Positions 50,186-59,131 of a stretch of DNA of 64,000 bases are shown in pieces. The notes below the pieces were generated by a model. It did no database searches, was not told where the DNA came from, and saw only the letters and a program-made list of their open reading frames with translations. The first letter of the stretch is position 1. Each line of letters opens with the position of its first letter. Source of the DNA: an uncultured Spirochaetota bacterium (GTDB lineage Bacteria > Spirochaetota > Spirochaetia > SZUA-6 > Fen-1364); the NCBI GenBank assembly GCA_963845535.1, contig CAWJSK010000004.1:128001-192000 (forward strand), given 5' to 3'. A program made the translations under genes and the position numbers.

Positions 50186-51568
50186 TCAGCCCCAACCCTT
50201 CGGATACCCCGGCGCGTCAGGGGAGGGGAATACCTTTTCCACCTGCCGGCAGGCATCAAGCAGCAAACCCTCGGAAAACGCCGGGGCCAGGAACTGCATC
50301 CCGATGGGCAGCCCGTTTTCCACGGCCGCGGGAAACGACATTGCGGGGAGCCCCGCGAGGTTGGCGGAGCATGTGAAAATGTCAGCGAGCTTCTGGGAGA
50401 AAGGATCCGAATCCGCCCCGCCGCGCTCGAAAGGAGGCACGGGATACACGGGCATCAGGACAAGGTCGACGCCGGCAAAAGCCTTGTCGAAATCCATCCT
50501 GATGGCGGTGCGGATCTTCTGGGCCCTGAGGTAATACTCGTCCTGGAAGCCGGACCTGAGCACGTACGTGCCAAGGAGTATGCGGAGCTTCACCTCGTCT
50601 CCGAAGCCTTCCGTGCGGGAACGGAGCATCATTTCTTCCGGGTTGTCAGCCTGCGCCGCGCGGTGTCCGTAGCGCACGCCGTCAAAACGGGCCAGGTTGG
50701 CGCTGGCCTCCGCGGTGGCTATCACATAATAGGAGGAAACGACGTGGTCAAACGTGGAAAAAGACACCTCATGAAGGCTGTGCCCCAGCTCGGTGAGCAG
50801 GTGGCGGCTGCGCTCCAGCGTCTTCTTCACGTCCGGGTGCATGGGAACGTCCGCGCATTCCCGCGGGACGCCGATGCGCAGCTTTCCATTCTTGCGGGCA
50901 GGAGGCTGCCAGGGAAGCGAGGAGTGGTCCATGGGATCCTGCCCGCGCATCACGGCGAATGCCTGCTCGGCGAAATCCACCGTCTTGGCAACCACGCCGA
51001 TCACCTCGAGGGACGAGGCGTAGGCCACCAATCCGAAGCGCGAGACAGCGCCCCAGGTCGGCTTGAGGCCGTAAACGCCGCAAAACGAGGCGGGCTGCCT
51101 GACCGATCCGCCTGTGTCGCTCCCCAGTGCAAAAGGCACGATGCCGGCGGCAACCGCCGCGGCCGAGCCTCCGGAGGACCCTCCGGGTACACGCCGTGTA
51201 TCCCACGGATTGCGCGTCGAAAGGAGAGCCGAGTTCTCCGTGGAGGAGCCCATGCCGAACTCGTCCAGGTTGGTTTTTCCGGCCACAACCGCGCCGGCCT
51301 TCTTGAGCCTTTCCACTACGGTGGCTGAATAGGGGGAGACAAAGTCCGAAAGCATCCGCGACCCGCAGGTCAGGCGGAAGGAACGAACGGCGATATTGTC
51401 CTTGACGCCGAAGGGGATTCCCGCCAGCGGCCCGTCCTCGCTTGCCCCTTCGCGCCCCAGCTCAGGGTCCAGCTGAAGGAAACAGCCCAGCGCTTCGTTG
51501 CGCTCCTCGGCGAACTGCTTCCACGTGTCCCGCAGTCTTTCAGCTGTTGAAACGCCATGCCAGTCCAA
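50186..51568 (-). CDS. gatA: Amidotransferase subunit A
   Basis: VKDNI, GKTNLDEFGMGSS, GGSSGGSAAAV, GSDTGGSVRQPA, RFDGVRYG; the N-terminus is short. Confidence 0.95.
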   Translation of the reverse strand: MDWHGVSTAERLRDTWKQFAEERNEALGCFLQLDPELGREGASEDGPLAGIPFGVKDNIAVRSFRLTCGSRMLSDFVSPYSATVVERLKKAGAVVAGKTNLDEFGMGSSTENSALLSTRNPWDTRRVPGGSSGGSAAAVAAGIVPFALGSDTGGSVRQPASFCGVYGLKPTWGAVSRFGLVAYASSLEVIGVVAKTVDFAEQAFAVMRGQDPMDHSSLPWQPPARKNGKLRIGVPRECADVPMHPDVKKTLERSRHLLTELGHSLHEVSFSTFDHVVSSYYVIATAEASANLARFDGVRYGHRAAQADNPEEMMLRSRTEGFGDEVKLRILLGTYVLRSGFQDEYYLRAQKIRTAIRMDFDKAFAGVDLVLMPVYPVPPFERGGADSDPFSQKLADIFTCSANLAGLPAMSFPAAVENGLPIGMQFLAPAFSEGLLLDACRQVEKVFPSPDAPGYPKGWG

Positions 51569-51597
51569 TTGCCCCTCCCCGGGGGATACGCGTTGAT

Positions 51598-51876
51598 TCA
51601 GAGTACGTTCGGAACGACGATGAAACGCTCTTCCCGCTGGGGAGCGTTCTTCAAGAGCATATCGGAGACGTCAACCATGCGCTCCGCGTCATCCCGCGTC
51701 CTGTTTTCCCGCAGGAGCGCATGGGTTGTCGGCGCCAGGCCCTCCACGTCGATTTCTTTCATGTGGGAAAAATGCTGGAGCATCTGCTCCACCGCTTTCC
51801 CGAGCTTTTCCATCTCCGCGTGCGTGAGAGAGAGTCGCGCCATGCGCGCGGTGGCGGAAAGCTCCTGCAAATCCAT
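51598..51876 (-). CDS. gatC: Amidotransferase subunit C
   Basis: ARMARLSL, DVEGLAPT, LLKNAP..EERFIVVPNVL. Confidence 0.92.
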   Translation of the reverse strand: MDLQELSATARMARLSLTHAEMEKLGKAVEQMLQHFSHMKEIDVEGLAPTTHALLRENRTRDDAERMVDVSDMLLKNAPQREERFIVVPNVL

Positions 51877-52093
51877 GCCGGTAGTTAACCCGGGGCCACC
51901 GTACATGTCAAGGACGCGGAAAAATGGAGAAATCGCGCAAAAAACGCCGTCCAAAAACTTGACGCCCCCGCCCACTTCGCCGTACATTTTCTTTTAAGCG
52001 CACCCCCGCTTCCTCACTACGGAAAACTCCTTGTGACGTCAACGCTGGGAGCGTCTGGCACACGCTTTTTCCATGCCGCGCAGAAAATTACGT

Positions 52094-52121
52094 TTGACGA
52101 TGGAAGAGGGCATGGTACAAT
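52094..52121 (+). promoter_or_regulatory. Sigma-70 promoter with extended -10
   Basis: TTGACG-N16-TACAAT preceded by TG. A second candidate TTGACG-N18-TACATT lies at 51959-51988. Confidence 0.65.
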
Positions 52122-52146
52122 ACGACTCTGAGAGCGAGGAATGTGA

Positions 52147-53568
52147 GTGGTAAAAAGGGACTTCCCGAAGATACACTTCTACGATCAGGATCTCGTCGCC
52201 CTGTATGACGAGACATGGATCCTGGTCAAGGACTTCTGGAAGAAAGGGACGACGCATAACGGCTTCCACAGCAGGTTCTTCAGCCACCCGGACAGCACGC
52301 GGATAAACCAGTTCGACGCGTGCTTCGCTTCGTTTTTTCTCGTGTATTCCAACAGGATATTCCCGGTGCTCTCCGTCCTGGACAACTTCTATGCCAAGCA
52401 GGAGGAGTCGGGCGCCATTCACGGGGAGTACCGCGAAGCGGACGGCAAGCCGGTGCACCCCAAGGACAACCCCCGGGGCGTGCTTCCGCCGCTTTTTGCC
52501 TGGGCCGAATACAACATCTACCACAAGCTTGGAGTCAAGAAACGCATCCGGGAAGTGCTGCCCGTATTGGAAAAGTACTATCGGTGGATCGAAACAACGT
52601 TCAAGAAAGAGAACGGATTGTACTCGGTCCCGCTTTCCGCAACCATGATGGACAATTCCCCGCGGGAAGCCATGGCGTACCCCATCGACTTCAACTCGCA
52701 GATGGCGCTCGCGGCCCTGTACATGTCGGAGCTGGCCGACATCGTCAATGACAAGGAAACCAACTACGCCTACAAGAAAGCGTACTTTTCGCTGAAGACC
52801 AAGATCAGCGCGCTCATGTGGGATGAGAAGGACGGCTTCTACTACGACCTGGACGAATCGGAGAAGCGCCTCAAGGTGAAGACCATCGCTTCATTCTGGC
52901 CCCTTCTTGCGGAGATCCCCAATGAGGCCCGAGGGGAAAGGCTCATCGACCACCTCGTAGACCCCCACGAGTTCGGCATCGAAAACCCGTTCCCCACGCT
53001 TGCCGTGTGCGACAAGAGGTTCGACCCCATGGGCATGGGGTTCCGGGGTTCCGTCTATCCGCCCTTCAACTACATGGTGATCAAGGGACTGGAGAAATAC
53101 AAGCGTCACGATCTTGCCCGTGAGTTCGCCATCCGCCATCTCTACCACGTGCTGGACGGCCTCTACACGGGCAACGGCAAGAGGGGATCGCTGTACGAAG
53201 CCTACGCGCCGCACACCGAGGGGCCTGCCCGATGGCCCGGCAAGAAGGGCTTCCCGCGCACCATGTACGTGCCGTACACGGCGCTCACGACGGTCTCCTT
53301 GATGCTGGAGAACATCATTGGGCTGAACATCTCCCTTCCTCGAAAAACCGTGGACTGGACCATTCCCACCTTGGAGCTGATGGGGATCGAGGATCTTGCC
53401 CTGAAGAGGAATTTGATCTCCATCCTCAGCGCAAAAAGCAGCAGGGGCTGGGAAGTGCACCTGGAGAGCGAGAAACTGTACTACCTCACCATCGATCTGT
53501 TCGGAGCGCGCAGCAAGACGCTTCCCATCCCATCAGGGAAGTGTTCCATCCTCGTGGACAAGCTCTAG
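52147..53568 (+). CDS. Glycoside hydrolase, GH63/GH37-like (alpha/alpha)6 barrel
   Basis: PPLFAWAE, MDNSPR, DFNS, MWDEKDGFYYD, LVDPHEF, FRGSVYPPFNY, YEAY. Confidence 0.8.
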   Translation: MVKRDFPKIHFYDQDLVALYDETWILVKDFWKKGTTHNGFHSRFFSHPDSTRINQFDACFASFFLVYSNRIFPVLSVLDNFYAKQEESGAIHGEYREADGKPVHPKDNPRGVLPPLFAWAEYNIYHKLGVKKRIREVLPVLEKYYRWIETTFKKENGLYSVPLSATMMDNSPREAMAYPIDFNSQMALAALYMSELADIVNDKETNYAYKKAYFSLKTKISALMWDEKDGFYYDLDESEKRLKVKTIASFWPLLAEIPNEARGERLIDHLVDPHEFGIENPFPTLAVCDKRFDPMGMGFRGSVYPPFNYMVIKGLEKYKRHDLAREFAIRHLYHVLDGLYTGNGKRGSLYEAYAPHTEGPARWPGKKGFPRTMYVPYTALTTVSLMLENIIGLNISLPRKTVDWTIPTLELMGIEDLALKRNLISILSAKSSRGWEVHLESEKLYYLTIDLFGARSKTLPIPSGKCSILVDKL

Positions 53569-53584
53569 GATCAGGCCCGGAGGG

Positions 53585-54172
53585 CTACATTGCGCCGCGG
53601 CCCTTGAACGAACGGACGAGCGTCTGCTTGTCCGCGAACTCCAGGTCCCCCCCCACGGGCAGCCCAAATGCTAGTCGGGATATTCTTACCCCTGTCTCCC
53701 TGAGCTCCTTGAGGAGGTACAAGGCGGTGGTTTCCCCTTCCACCGTGGGGTTCGTGGCAAGGATGACCTCCTGGATGCCGCCTTTGCGGACGCGCTCCAG
53801 GAGAGCGCCAATTCGAAGGTTCGACGGCCCGACGCCTTCGATCGGGGAGATGGCCCCCATCAAGACGTGGTAGAGCCCTCCGTGCTCGTGAATTGACTCC
53901 AGGGTGAGCACGTCCCGGGGCTCTTCGACCACACAAATGACCGTGCGGTCCCGGGAAGGATCGGTACAGATCGAGCAGGGATCAATATCCGTGTAGGTGC
54001 CGCAGATGCTGCAGGAACGGATGGTCTGGCGCAGGCCGGCAAGGTCATCGGCGAGCGACCTGACAAGGGAATCATCCGCGCGCAACAGGTAGTAGGCTAT
54101 TCGGGACGCGCTTTTCCTGCCCAGTCCGGGAAGCCGCGCCAGGTTCCCGATCAGCCTTTCGAGGGCGTTCAT
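53585..54172 (-). CDS. recR: Recombination mediator RecR
   Basis: LPGLGRKSA, C4 zinc finger, ICVVE, EVILATNPTVEGETTA. Confidence 0.97.
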   Translation of the reverse strand: MNALERLIGNLARLPGLGRKSASRIAYYLLRADDSLVRSLADDLAGLRQTIRSCSICGTYTDIDPCSICTDPSRDRTVICVVEEPRDVLTLESIHEHGGLYHVLMGAISPIEGVGPSNLRIGALLERVRKGGIQEVILATNPTVEGETTALYLLKELRETGVRISRLAFGLPVGGDLEFADKQTLVRSFKGRGAM

Positions 54173-54212
54173 CTCTGATTTCTCACGGGCCGGCCAAAGG
54201 GCACTTGCGCTT

Positions 54213-54536
54213 CTACAGCCCGAGGAAGCCCGGGGGAAGACCCAGCATGCCCGTCGCCTGGGAGACCTCTTCCCTGATCTTCTCCTTCAGCCTGTCCAGA
54301 GCGTCTGTGACCGCGGCGAGCACGAGGTCCTGCAGCATCTGGATATCGCGCGGATCAACCGCCTCGGGAGCAATGGTGACTTTCTCCACCTGCATCTGAC
54401 CGTTCACTTCCACGGTCACAAGGCCTCCCCCGGCGGAACCGGTTGCCCGCACGGTCTTCAGCTTGGCCTGAATCTCCCCCATTTTCGACTGCAGCCCTTG
54501 CAGCTGCTTGAAGATCTCAAACGGATTGGTCGCCAT
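54213..54536 (-). CDS. ybaB: YbaB/EbfC nucleoid-associated protein
   Basis: GSAGGGLVTV, DIQMLQDLVLAAVTDA; lies between dnaX and recR. Confidence 0.95.
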   Translation of the reverse strand: MATNPFEIFKQLQGLQSKMGEIQAKLKTVRATGSAGGGLVTVEVNGQMQVEKVTIAPEAVDPRDIQMLQDLVLAAVTDALDRLKEKIREEVSQATGMLGLPPGFLGL

Positions 54537-56070
54537 GACCCTCGCCTTTCACCACTTCGCCGCGGAACACCTTCCGAAGCAGCTCGACTCTCTGATCCAC
54601 CACGGCCGGCTCCTGTTTCGCTTCCTGAAAAGCCAGCTTGATTCGAACGGAACGGGAAAAAAGCTCTGAAAACCTGGCCGCAAGAAGCTCCTTGTCCTTC
54701 AGGACCACCTCTCCCTGAAAATGGTCCTTTGCGGAGAAAGCCAGCACCACATCATCTCCTTCCAGGCTGACCGAGGCTACCCTCTCCAATGCGGAGGCGA
54801 GCGCGGGCTTCTCCCTGCGAATGGACTCCGCCACTTTCGCCGCCGAGCCCTGCGTGTCGACGGCTTTCCCGCCGGCAGAAGCTTGCTGCGCCGGGGAGGG
54901 AATTGCCTCAATGCGGGTCCCCGGCTGGGAAAGCAGCTCGCCGCGCATTTCCGCCAGCGCTTCCCGCACCTCCGAGGGGCTGATCAGGGAGTCCAGCCGG
55001 GACAGGCGGGAAAGGGTCAGCTCCAGCTCGAAGCGCTGGTTCAAGGAGAAACGGATGTTGCGATACAGGGAGAGAAGAAGCTCGATGGCGCGCTCGATCT
55101 GGGCTGCGCTCAAGGAGTCGAGCACGGAAGCGTCGAAGTCTTGCGGCGAATACCCCAGGAGCGTGTCCTTGGTGACGCCGCTTTTCAGGAAAAGGAGGTT
55201 TCGGAAGTACTCGGCAAGGTCTGCGACGAACTGCTCGATCGACACCCCCGTGGCCAGGAGCGCGTCCGTGCCCTCGAGCACCTTGCCCATCTCCCCGGCC
55301 CGAAGCAGGCGCACGTAGTCGTTCAGCTCCTCGATCCCCAGGACCCCGAGCTTCTCCCTGATGCGCTCCAAAGTGATGGACCCGTCCGAAAATGAGACAA
55401 CCTGGTCAAGCAGCGTGTAGGCATCCCGAAGGGAACCGGTTGCTTCCTTTGCAATCCACGTGAGAGCCCTTTCTTCCGCCTGGACCGACAGCTCCCGCGC
55501 CGCCTCGACGAGCTTCCCCTTGATCTCAGCGGTGGAGATGAGCCTGAAGTTGTACTGCTGGCACCGGGAACGGATGGTCGCCGGCACCTTGTGCACCTCG
55601 GTGGTGGCAAAGATGAACACGATGTAGGGGGGCGGCTCCTCGATGGTCTTCAAGAGCGCATTGAAGGCGCTGTTGGAGAGCATGTGCACCTCGTCGATGA
55701 TGTAGACCTTGAACCTGCCGGCGTTGGGGGCAAAAAGGACCTCGTCGCGGATTTCGCGTACGTCGTTCACGCTCGTATTGGAAGCGCCGTCGATCTCGAT
55801 CACGTCCAGGGAAGCCCCGCGAGCAATCTCCTGGCAGCTTGCGCACGTCCCGCACGGGGTGTCGGTAGGTCCCTTCTCGCAGTTCAAGGCCCTGGCAAGG
55901 ATGCGCGCAACGGAAGTCTTGCCAACTCCCCGGGGTCCCGCGAAAAGGTAGGCATGCGCGATGCGGCTCTGGCGGAGGGAGCTTGTCAGAGTGGCGGAGA
56001 CGAACTCCTGACCGACAAGCTCGGTAAAGCTCTGGGGGCGTTTTCGGGTTGCAGTGACTTCATATGCCAT
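54517..56070 (-). CDS. dnaX: DNA polymerase III subunit gamma/tau
   Basis: HAYLFAGPRGVGKTS, EIDGASN, IIDEVHMLS, TIRSRC. Confidence 0.97.
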   Translation of the reverse strand: MAYEVTATRKRPQSFTELVGQEFVSATLTSSLRQSRIAHAYLFAGPRGVGKTSVARILARALNCEKGPTDTPCGTCASCQEIARGASLDVIEIDGASNTSVNDVREIRDEVLFAPNAGRFKVYIIDEVHMLSNSAFNALLKTIEEPPPYIVFIFATTEVHKVPATIRSRCQQYNFRLISTAEIKGKLVEAARELSVQAEERALTWIAKEATGSLRDAYTLLDQVVSFSDGSITLERIREKLGVLGIEELNDYVRLLRAGEMGKVLEGTDALLATGVSIEQFVADLAEYFRNLLFLKSGVTKDTLLGYSPQDFDASVLDSLSAAQIERAIELLLSLYRNIRFSLNQRFELELTLSRLSRLDSLISPSEVREALAEMRGELLSQPGTRIEAIPSPAQQASAGGKAVDTQGSAAKVAESIRREKPALASALERVASVSLEGDDVVLAFSAKDHFQGEVVLKDKELLAARFSELFSRSVRIKLAFQEAKQEPAVVDQRVELLRKVFRGEVVKGEGHGDQSV

Positions 56071-56142
56071 GTGCGAGGCCTCCGCGCCGCTCTATGAGAA
56101 ATCCGGCGGGCCGTAGCAATAAGCCAACCGGCGGTGAAAAAG

Positions 56143-56273
56143 CAACCCCCTCGGCTCCACCCAAGCCGAATACGGCACATGAACACGCTGCTTACCGCTG
56201 CTCCCTTCCGGGCCTGGCGGGGTTGGGCAGCAGCTCATAGCGTATGACCTGGATATCAACGCCGAGAGGGTTG
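56143..56273 (-). ncRNA. ffs: Signal recognition particle RNA, small bacterial type
   Basis: Helix-8 core GCCAGGCCCGGAAGGGAGCAGC; terminal stem caaccctctcggc/gccgagggggttg; upstream of dnaX. Ends are approximate. Confidence 0.9.
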
Positions 56274-56275
56274 TA

Positions 56276-56362
56276 CGGAGAGAGTGGGATTCGAACCCAC
56301 GGTACCCTTACGAGTACACACGCCTTCCAAGCGTGCACCTTCGGCCACTCGGTCATCTCTCC
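56276..56362 (-). tRNA. tRNA-Ser(GGA)
   Basis: Cloverleaf with anticodon arm CACGC-TT-GGA-AG-GCGTG, long variable arm, GGTTCGAATC; CCA not encoded. Confidence 0.95.
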
Positions 56363-56504
56363 AAGGCACAGGATGTGCCGAGGGCGGCGTCGCCACGGAT
56401 GGCGAAGACGCCGCCCAAGACCCAGGACGGGTCGAGGTCGGCGCGTGCACGGATGCACAAGCGACGACCAAGATACAGGATGCACAAGCTCACAAACAAC
56501 CTCG

Positions 56505-56591
56505 CGGAGAGAGTGGGATTCGAACCCACGGAGCCGCAAGCGGCTCAACGGTTTTCGAGACCGCCCGATTCGACCGCTCTCGCATCTCTCC
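56505..56591 (-). tRNA. tRNA-Ser(CGA)
   Basis: Anticodon arm GCGGT-CT-CGA-AA-ACCGT, long variable arm. Confidence 0.95.
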
Positions 56592-56762
56592 AAGACCCAG
56601 GATGGGTCGAGGTCGGCGAAGTACATGGACGTACCAGAGCCGACCCTGCGCCACGGATGGTACGAGGCCGTCCCGTGCATGGAGGCACAAGCGACGACCC
56701 TGCGCCACGGATGCCCAAACACAAGGTCGCCTCCGGCTCACGCGGGAGGCGACCAGTCTCTT

Positions 56763-56837
56763 CGTGCCCAAGAGGATTCGAACCTCCGACCTTTAGATCC
56801 GCAGTCTAATGCTCTATCCAGGCTGAGCTATGGGCAC
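56763..56837 (-). tRNA. tRNA-Arg(GCG)
   Basis: GTGCCCATAGCTCAG...TTAGA-CT-GCG-GA-TCTAA...GGTTCGAATC. Confidence 0.93.
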
Positions 56838-56920
56838 CCGGCGGTCAGCGGTGTACTTCTTCTGCCCGACCTCCTGCGCCGCGCCAGTACACGGATGCGC
56901 GGTCGACTTTCGTTCCTGTA

Positions 56921-57007
56921 CGGAGAGGGGGGGATTCGAACCCCCGGTACTCTTACGGGTACAACGCCTTAGCAGGGCGCCCGATTCGGCCACTCTCGCA
57001 CCTCTCC
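56921..57007 (-). tRNA. tRNA-Ser(GCT)
   Basis: Anticodon arm GCGCC-CT-GCT-AA-GGCGT, long variable arm. Confidence 0.95.
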
Positions 57008-57106
57008 CTTTCCAGCATCCCCCAGGACCTGATGAGCCCCGCCTCACACGAAAAGGGCCAGCGTGGTCCTCGTGCAAGCTGCGGAGAGGAGCAAGGGATG
57101 CGTGAT

Positions 57107-57193
57107 CGGAGAGGGAGGGATTCGAACCCCCGGAACCGCAAGCGGCTCAACGGTTTTCAAGACCGCCTCCTTCGACCACTCGGACACCTCTCC
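57107..57193 (-). tRNA. tRNA-Ser(TGA)
   Basis: Anticodon arm GCGGT-CT-TGA-AA-ACCGT, long variable arm. Confidence 0.95.
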
Positions 57194-57266
57194 CAAGCGC
57201 ACGGAAGCGGGCAGCATGCGGACATCTTGAGTCCCGCCGCCACTTTCACGCTCTACCGGCAGTGCC

Positions 57267-57295
57267 ACTATACTCATGGCCCGGAGCTTTGTCAA
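57267..57295 (-). promoter_or_regulatory. Near-consensus sigma-70 promoter of the tRNA-ffs-dnaX operon
   Basis: TTGACA-N17-TATAGT. Confidence 0.85.
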
Positions 57296-57328
57296 CAAAA
57301 CCGGGATAGGCAGGGAGACAGGGAGGTC

Positions 57329-58201
57329 TCAGAGGATGATTTCAAGCAGCCGTTCCAGGTCGTCCGAGGAGTAATAGGCGATCTCGATTCGCCCTTTGCC
57401 GCTGCTGCCTTTCAGCTCGACCTTGGTCCCGAGCTTCTCGATAAGCTTCTGCTCGATCTCTCTCACCTCGGGGTCCTTGCGCGCCGCGGCAGCCTGGCTG
57501 GCCTTCCGTGGTTTTTGCCCCTGCCGCTTGCCGGCGGAAAACGCAGCGGCAAGCTCCTCCGCTTCCCGCACGGAAATTCCCTTGTCCATGATTCGGTTGA
57601 GGAGCAGCTGCTGGTCGGCCGGATTGACCAACGAGAGAACTGCCCGCGCGTGGCCGGGGCTGAGGGCCCCCTTCTCCACCGCTGCTTGAGCCTCCGCCGG
57701 AAGCTTGAGGAGGCGCAGCGTGTTGGCGACAGTCGACCTGTCCTTGCCGACCCTGCTCGCCATCTGCTCCTGGTTGAGGCCTGCGAGCTCCATCAGCTTC
57801 TTGTACGCAAGCGCTTCTTCAATAGGGTTGAGGTCCTCCCGCTGGATGTTTTCGATGAGCGCGATCTCGAGCTTTTCATCCGGGCTGAACTGCCGGATGA
57901 GGACCGGCACCTTTTCCAGACCCGCCAGCCGGGCTGCCCGGACCCGGCGTTCCCCAGCCACGATGACGTACGTGCCATCCTGCGAGGGCTCTGCCAGCAC
58001 GGGTTGCAGCACGCCTTTCTGGCGGATGGAGTCCGCGAGCTCCCGCAGCGCTGCCTCATCGAACTCGCGTCGCGGTTGCTGCGGATTGGGCTTCAGAGCA
58101 GACACGGAAACCTCGGTGACGGAGGCCAGCGAGGCTTGGTCCATCTCCGCCTCTTCGCCAAGCAGGGCGCCTATGCCCTTGCCCAGCACCTTCTTAGACA
58201 T
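57329..58201 (-). CDS. parB: Chromosome partitioning protein ParB
   Basis: LGKGIGALL, PNPQQPRREF, IVAGERRVRAA, IENIQREDLN, HTH RSTVANTLRLL. Confidence 0.96.
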   Translation of the reverse strand: MSKKVLGKGIGALLGEEAEMDQASLASVTEVSVSALKPNPQQPRREFDEAALRELADSIRQKGVLQPVLAEPSQDGTYVIVAGERRVRAARLAGLEKVPVLIRQFSPDEKLEIALIENIQREDLNPIEEALAYKKLMELAGLNQEQMASRVGKDRSTVANTLRLLKLPAEAQAAVEKGALSPGHARAVLSLVNPADQQLLLNRIMDKGISVREAEELAAAFSAGKRQGQKPRKASQAAAARKDPEVREIEQKLIEKLGTKVELKGSSGKGRIEIAYYSSDDLERLLEIIL

Positions 58202-58949
58202 TCAGAAGGACCTCCTCCGCGAGCTTCTGGTAGCTGCGAGCGCCTATGCATTCGGGGTCATACTGGCTGATGGGCTTGGCGAACGATGGGGCCTCACTGA
58301 GGCGGACGTTTCGGGGGATGATGGTCCGAAATACCTTGTCTTTGAAGTAGCCCGTGACTTCCTGGACTATCTCATGGGCGAGCTTCGTCCTCACGTCATA
58401 CATCGTGAAGAGAATGCCCCCGATCTTCAGCTCGGGGTTCAAGTTCTTCTGGACCCTGTTGACGGTCTGCAGGAGCAGGCTCAGCCCCTCGAGGGCGAAG
58501 TATTCGCACTGCAGCGGGATGATCACGAAGTCCGCGGCAACGAGCCCGTTGAGCGTGAGAATCCCCAGCGAGGGCGGGCAGTCGATGAAGATATAGTCGA
58601 ACCTCGGAGAAAGGGTCTGCAAGGACCGCTTGAGGAAATACTCCCTCTCCTTCTCATCGATGAGCTCCACGGTGGCCCCGGTAAGGTTGATGCTGGAGGG
58701 GATGATGGAAAGGTTTGGCACAGAGCAGGCCTGGATGGCGGAGGAAGCTTCCACGCTTCCCGTGATGACCTCATAGATTCCGGGAAGATCCTTCTTTGCG
58801 CCGACGCTGCTCGACGTATTGCTCTGCGGGTCGAAATCGACAAGGAGAACCTTCTTGCCCGCTTCAGCAAGGTACGCTCCAAGGTTGACGGCAGTCGTGG
58901 TCTTTCCCACTCCCCCTTTCTGGTTTGCAAAGACAATGATTTTGGCCAT
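58194..58949 (-). CDS. parA: ParA/Soj ATPase
   Basis: NQKGGVGKTTT, DFDPQSN, IDCPPSLG, QCEYFALEGL, IPRNVRLSEAPS. Confidence 0.96.
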   Translation of the reverse strand: MAKIIVFANQKGGVGKTTTAVNLGAYLAEAGKKVLLVDFDPQSNTSSSVGAKKDLPGIYEVITGSVEASSAIQACSVPNLSIIPSSINLTGATVELIDEKEREYFLKRSLQTLSPRFDYIFIDCPPSLGILTLNGLVAADFVIIPLQCEYFALEGLSLLLQTVNRVQKNLNPELKIGGILFTMYDVRTKLAHEIVQEVTGYFKDKVFRTIIPRNVRLSEAPSFAKPISQYDPECIGARSYQKLAEEVLLNV

Positions 58950-58979
58950 CTGCTCAGGAATACCCCTTTTCGTCCCTGC

Positions 58980-59032
58980 TGACAATATAACGCAGCCTGT
59001 TTTTCCTATACGGACGTTACCATATTTTGCCA
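58980..59032. promoter_or_regulatory. Possible pair of NrdR boxes
   Basis: tgaCaATATaacGcag and ttaCcATATttTGcca resemble the NrdR consensus upstream of nrdD; both degenerate, spaced 37 bp. Confidence 0.35.
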
Positions 59033-59131
59033 TCCATCGAAAAAAAACCGTCAGGGCTTGCGTAGCCCGTTCTCATGCGTTATACCAGTGGCCGGTCATC
59101 GACCGCACCGACATCCTTGGGAGGGGAAATC

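Larger units (their letters stand above)
56365..57209 (+). repeat. Dispersed mini-hairpins with A(N)GGA loops in the tRNA spacers
   Basis: Examples: ggcac-aggat-gtgcc, cgcc-acggat-ggcg, gaccc-aggac-gggtc, gtgc-acggat-gcac, gtac-atggac-gtac, gtgc-atggag-gcac, cgc-acggaa-gcg. Confidence 0.8.

Noticed and set aside
54517..56070. dnaX gamma/tau programmed frameshift site
   Set aside because: No A-AAA-AAG or long A-run slippery site noticed in the coding strand.
56365..56720. CRISPR-like array
   Set aside because: Repeats are short and degenerate with irregular spacing, are interleaved with tRNAs, and no cas genes are present.
56192..57300. ORFs across the tRNA/SRP cluster
   Set aside because: They overlap structural RNA genes and are spurious.
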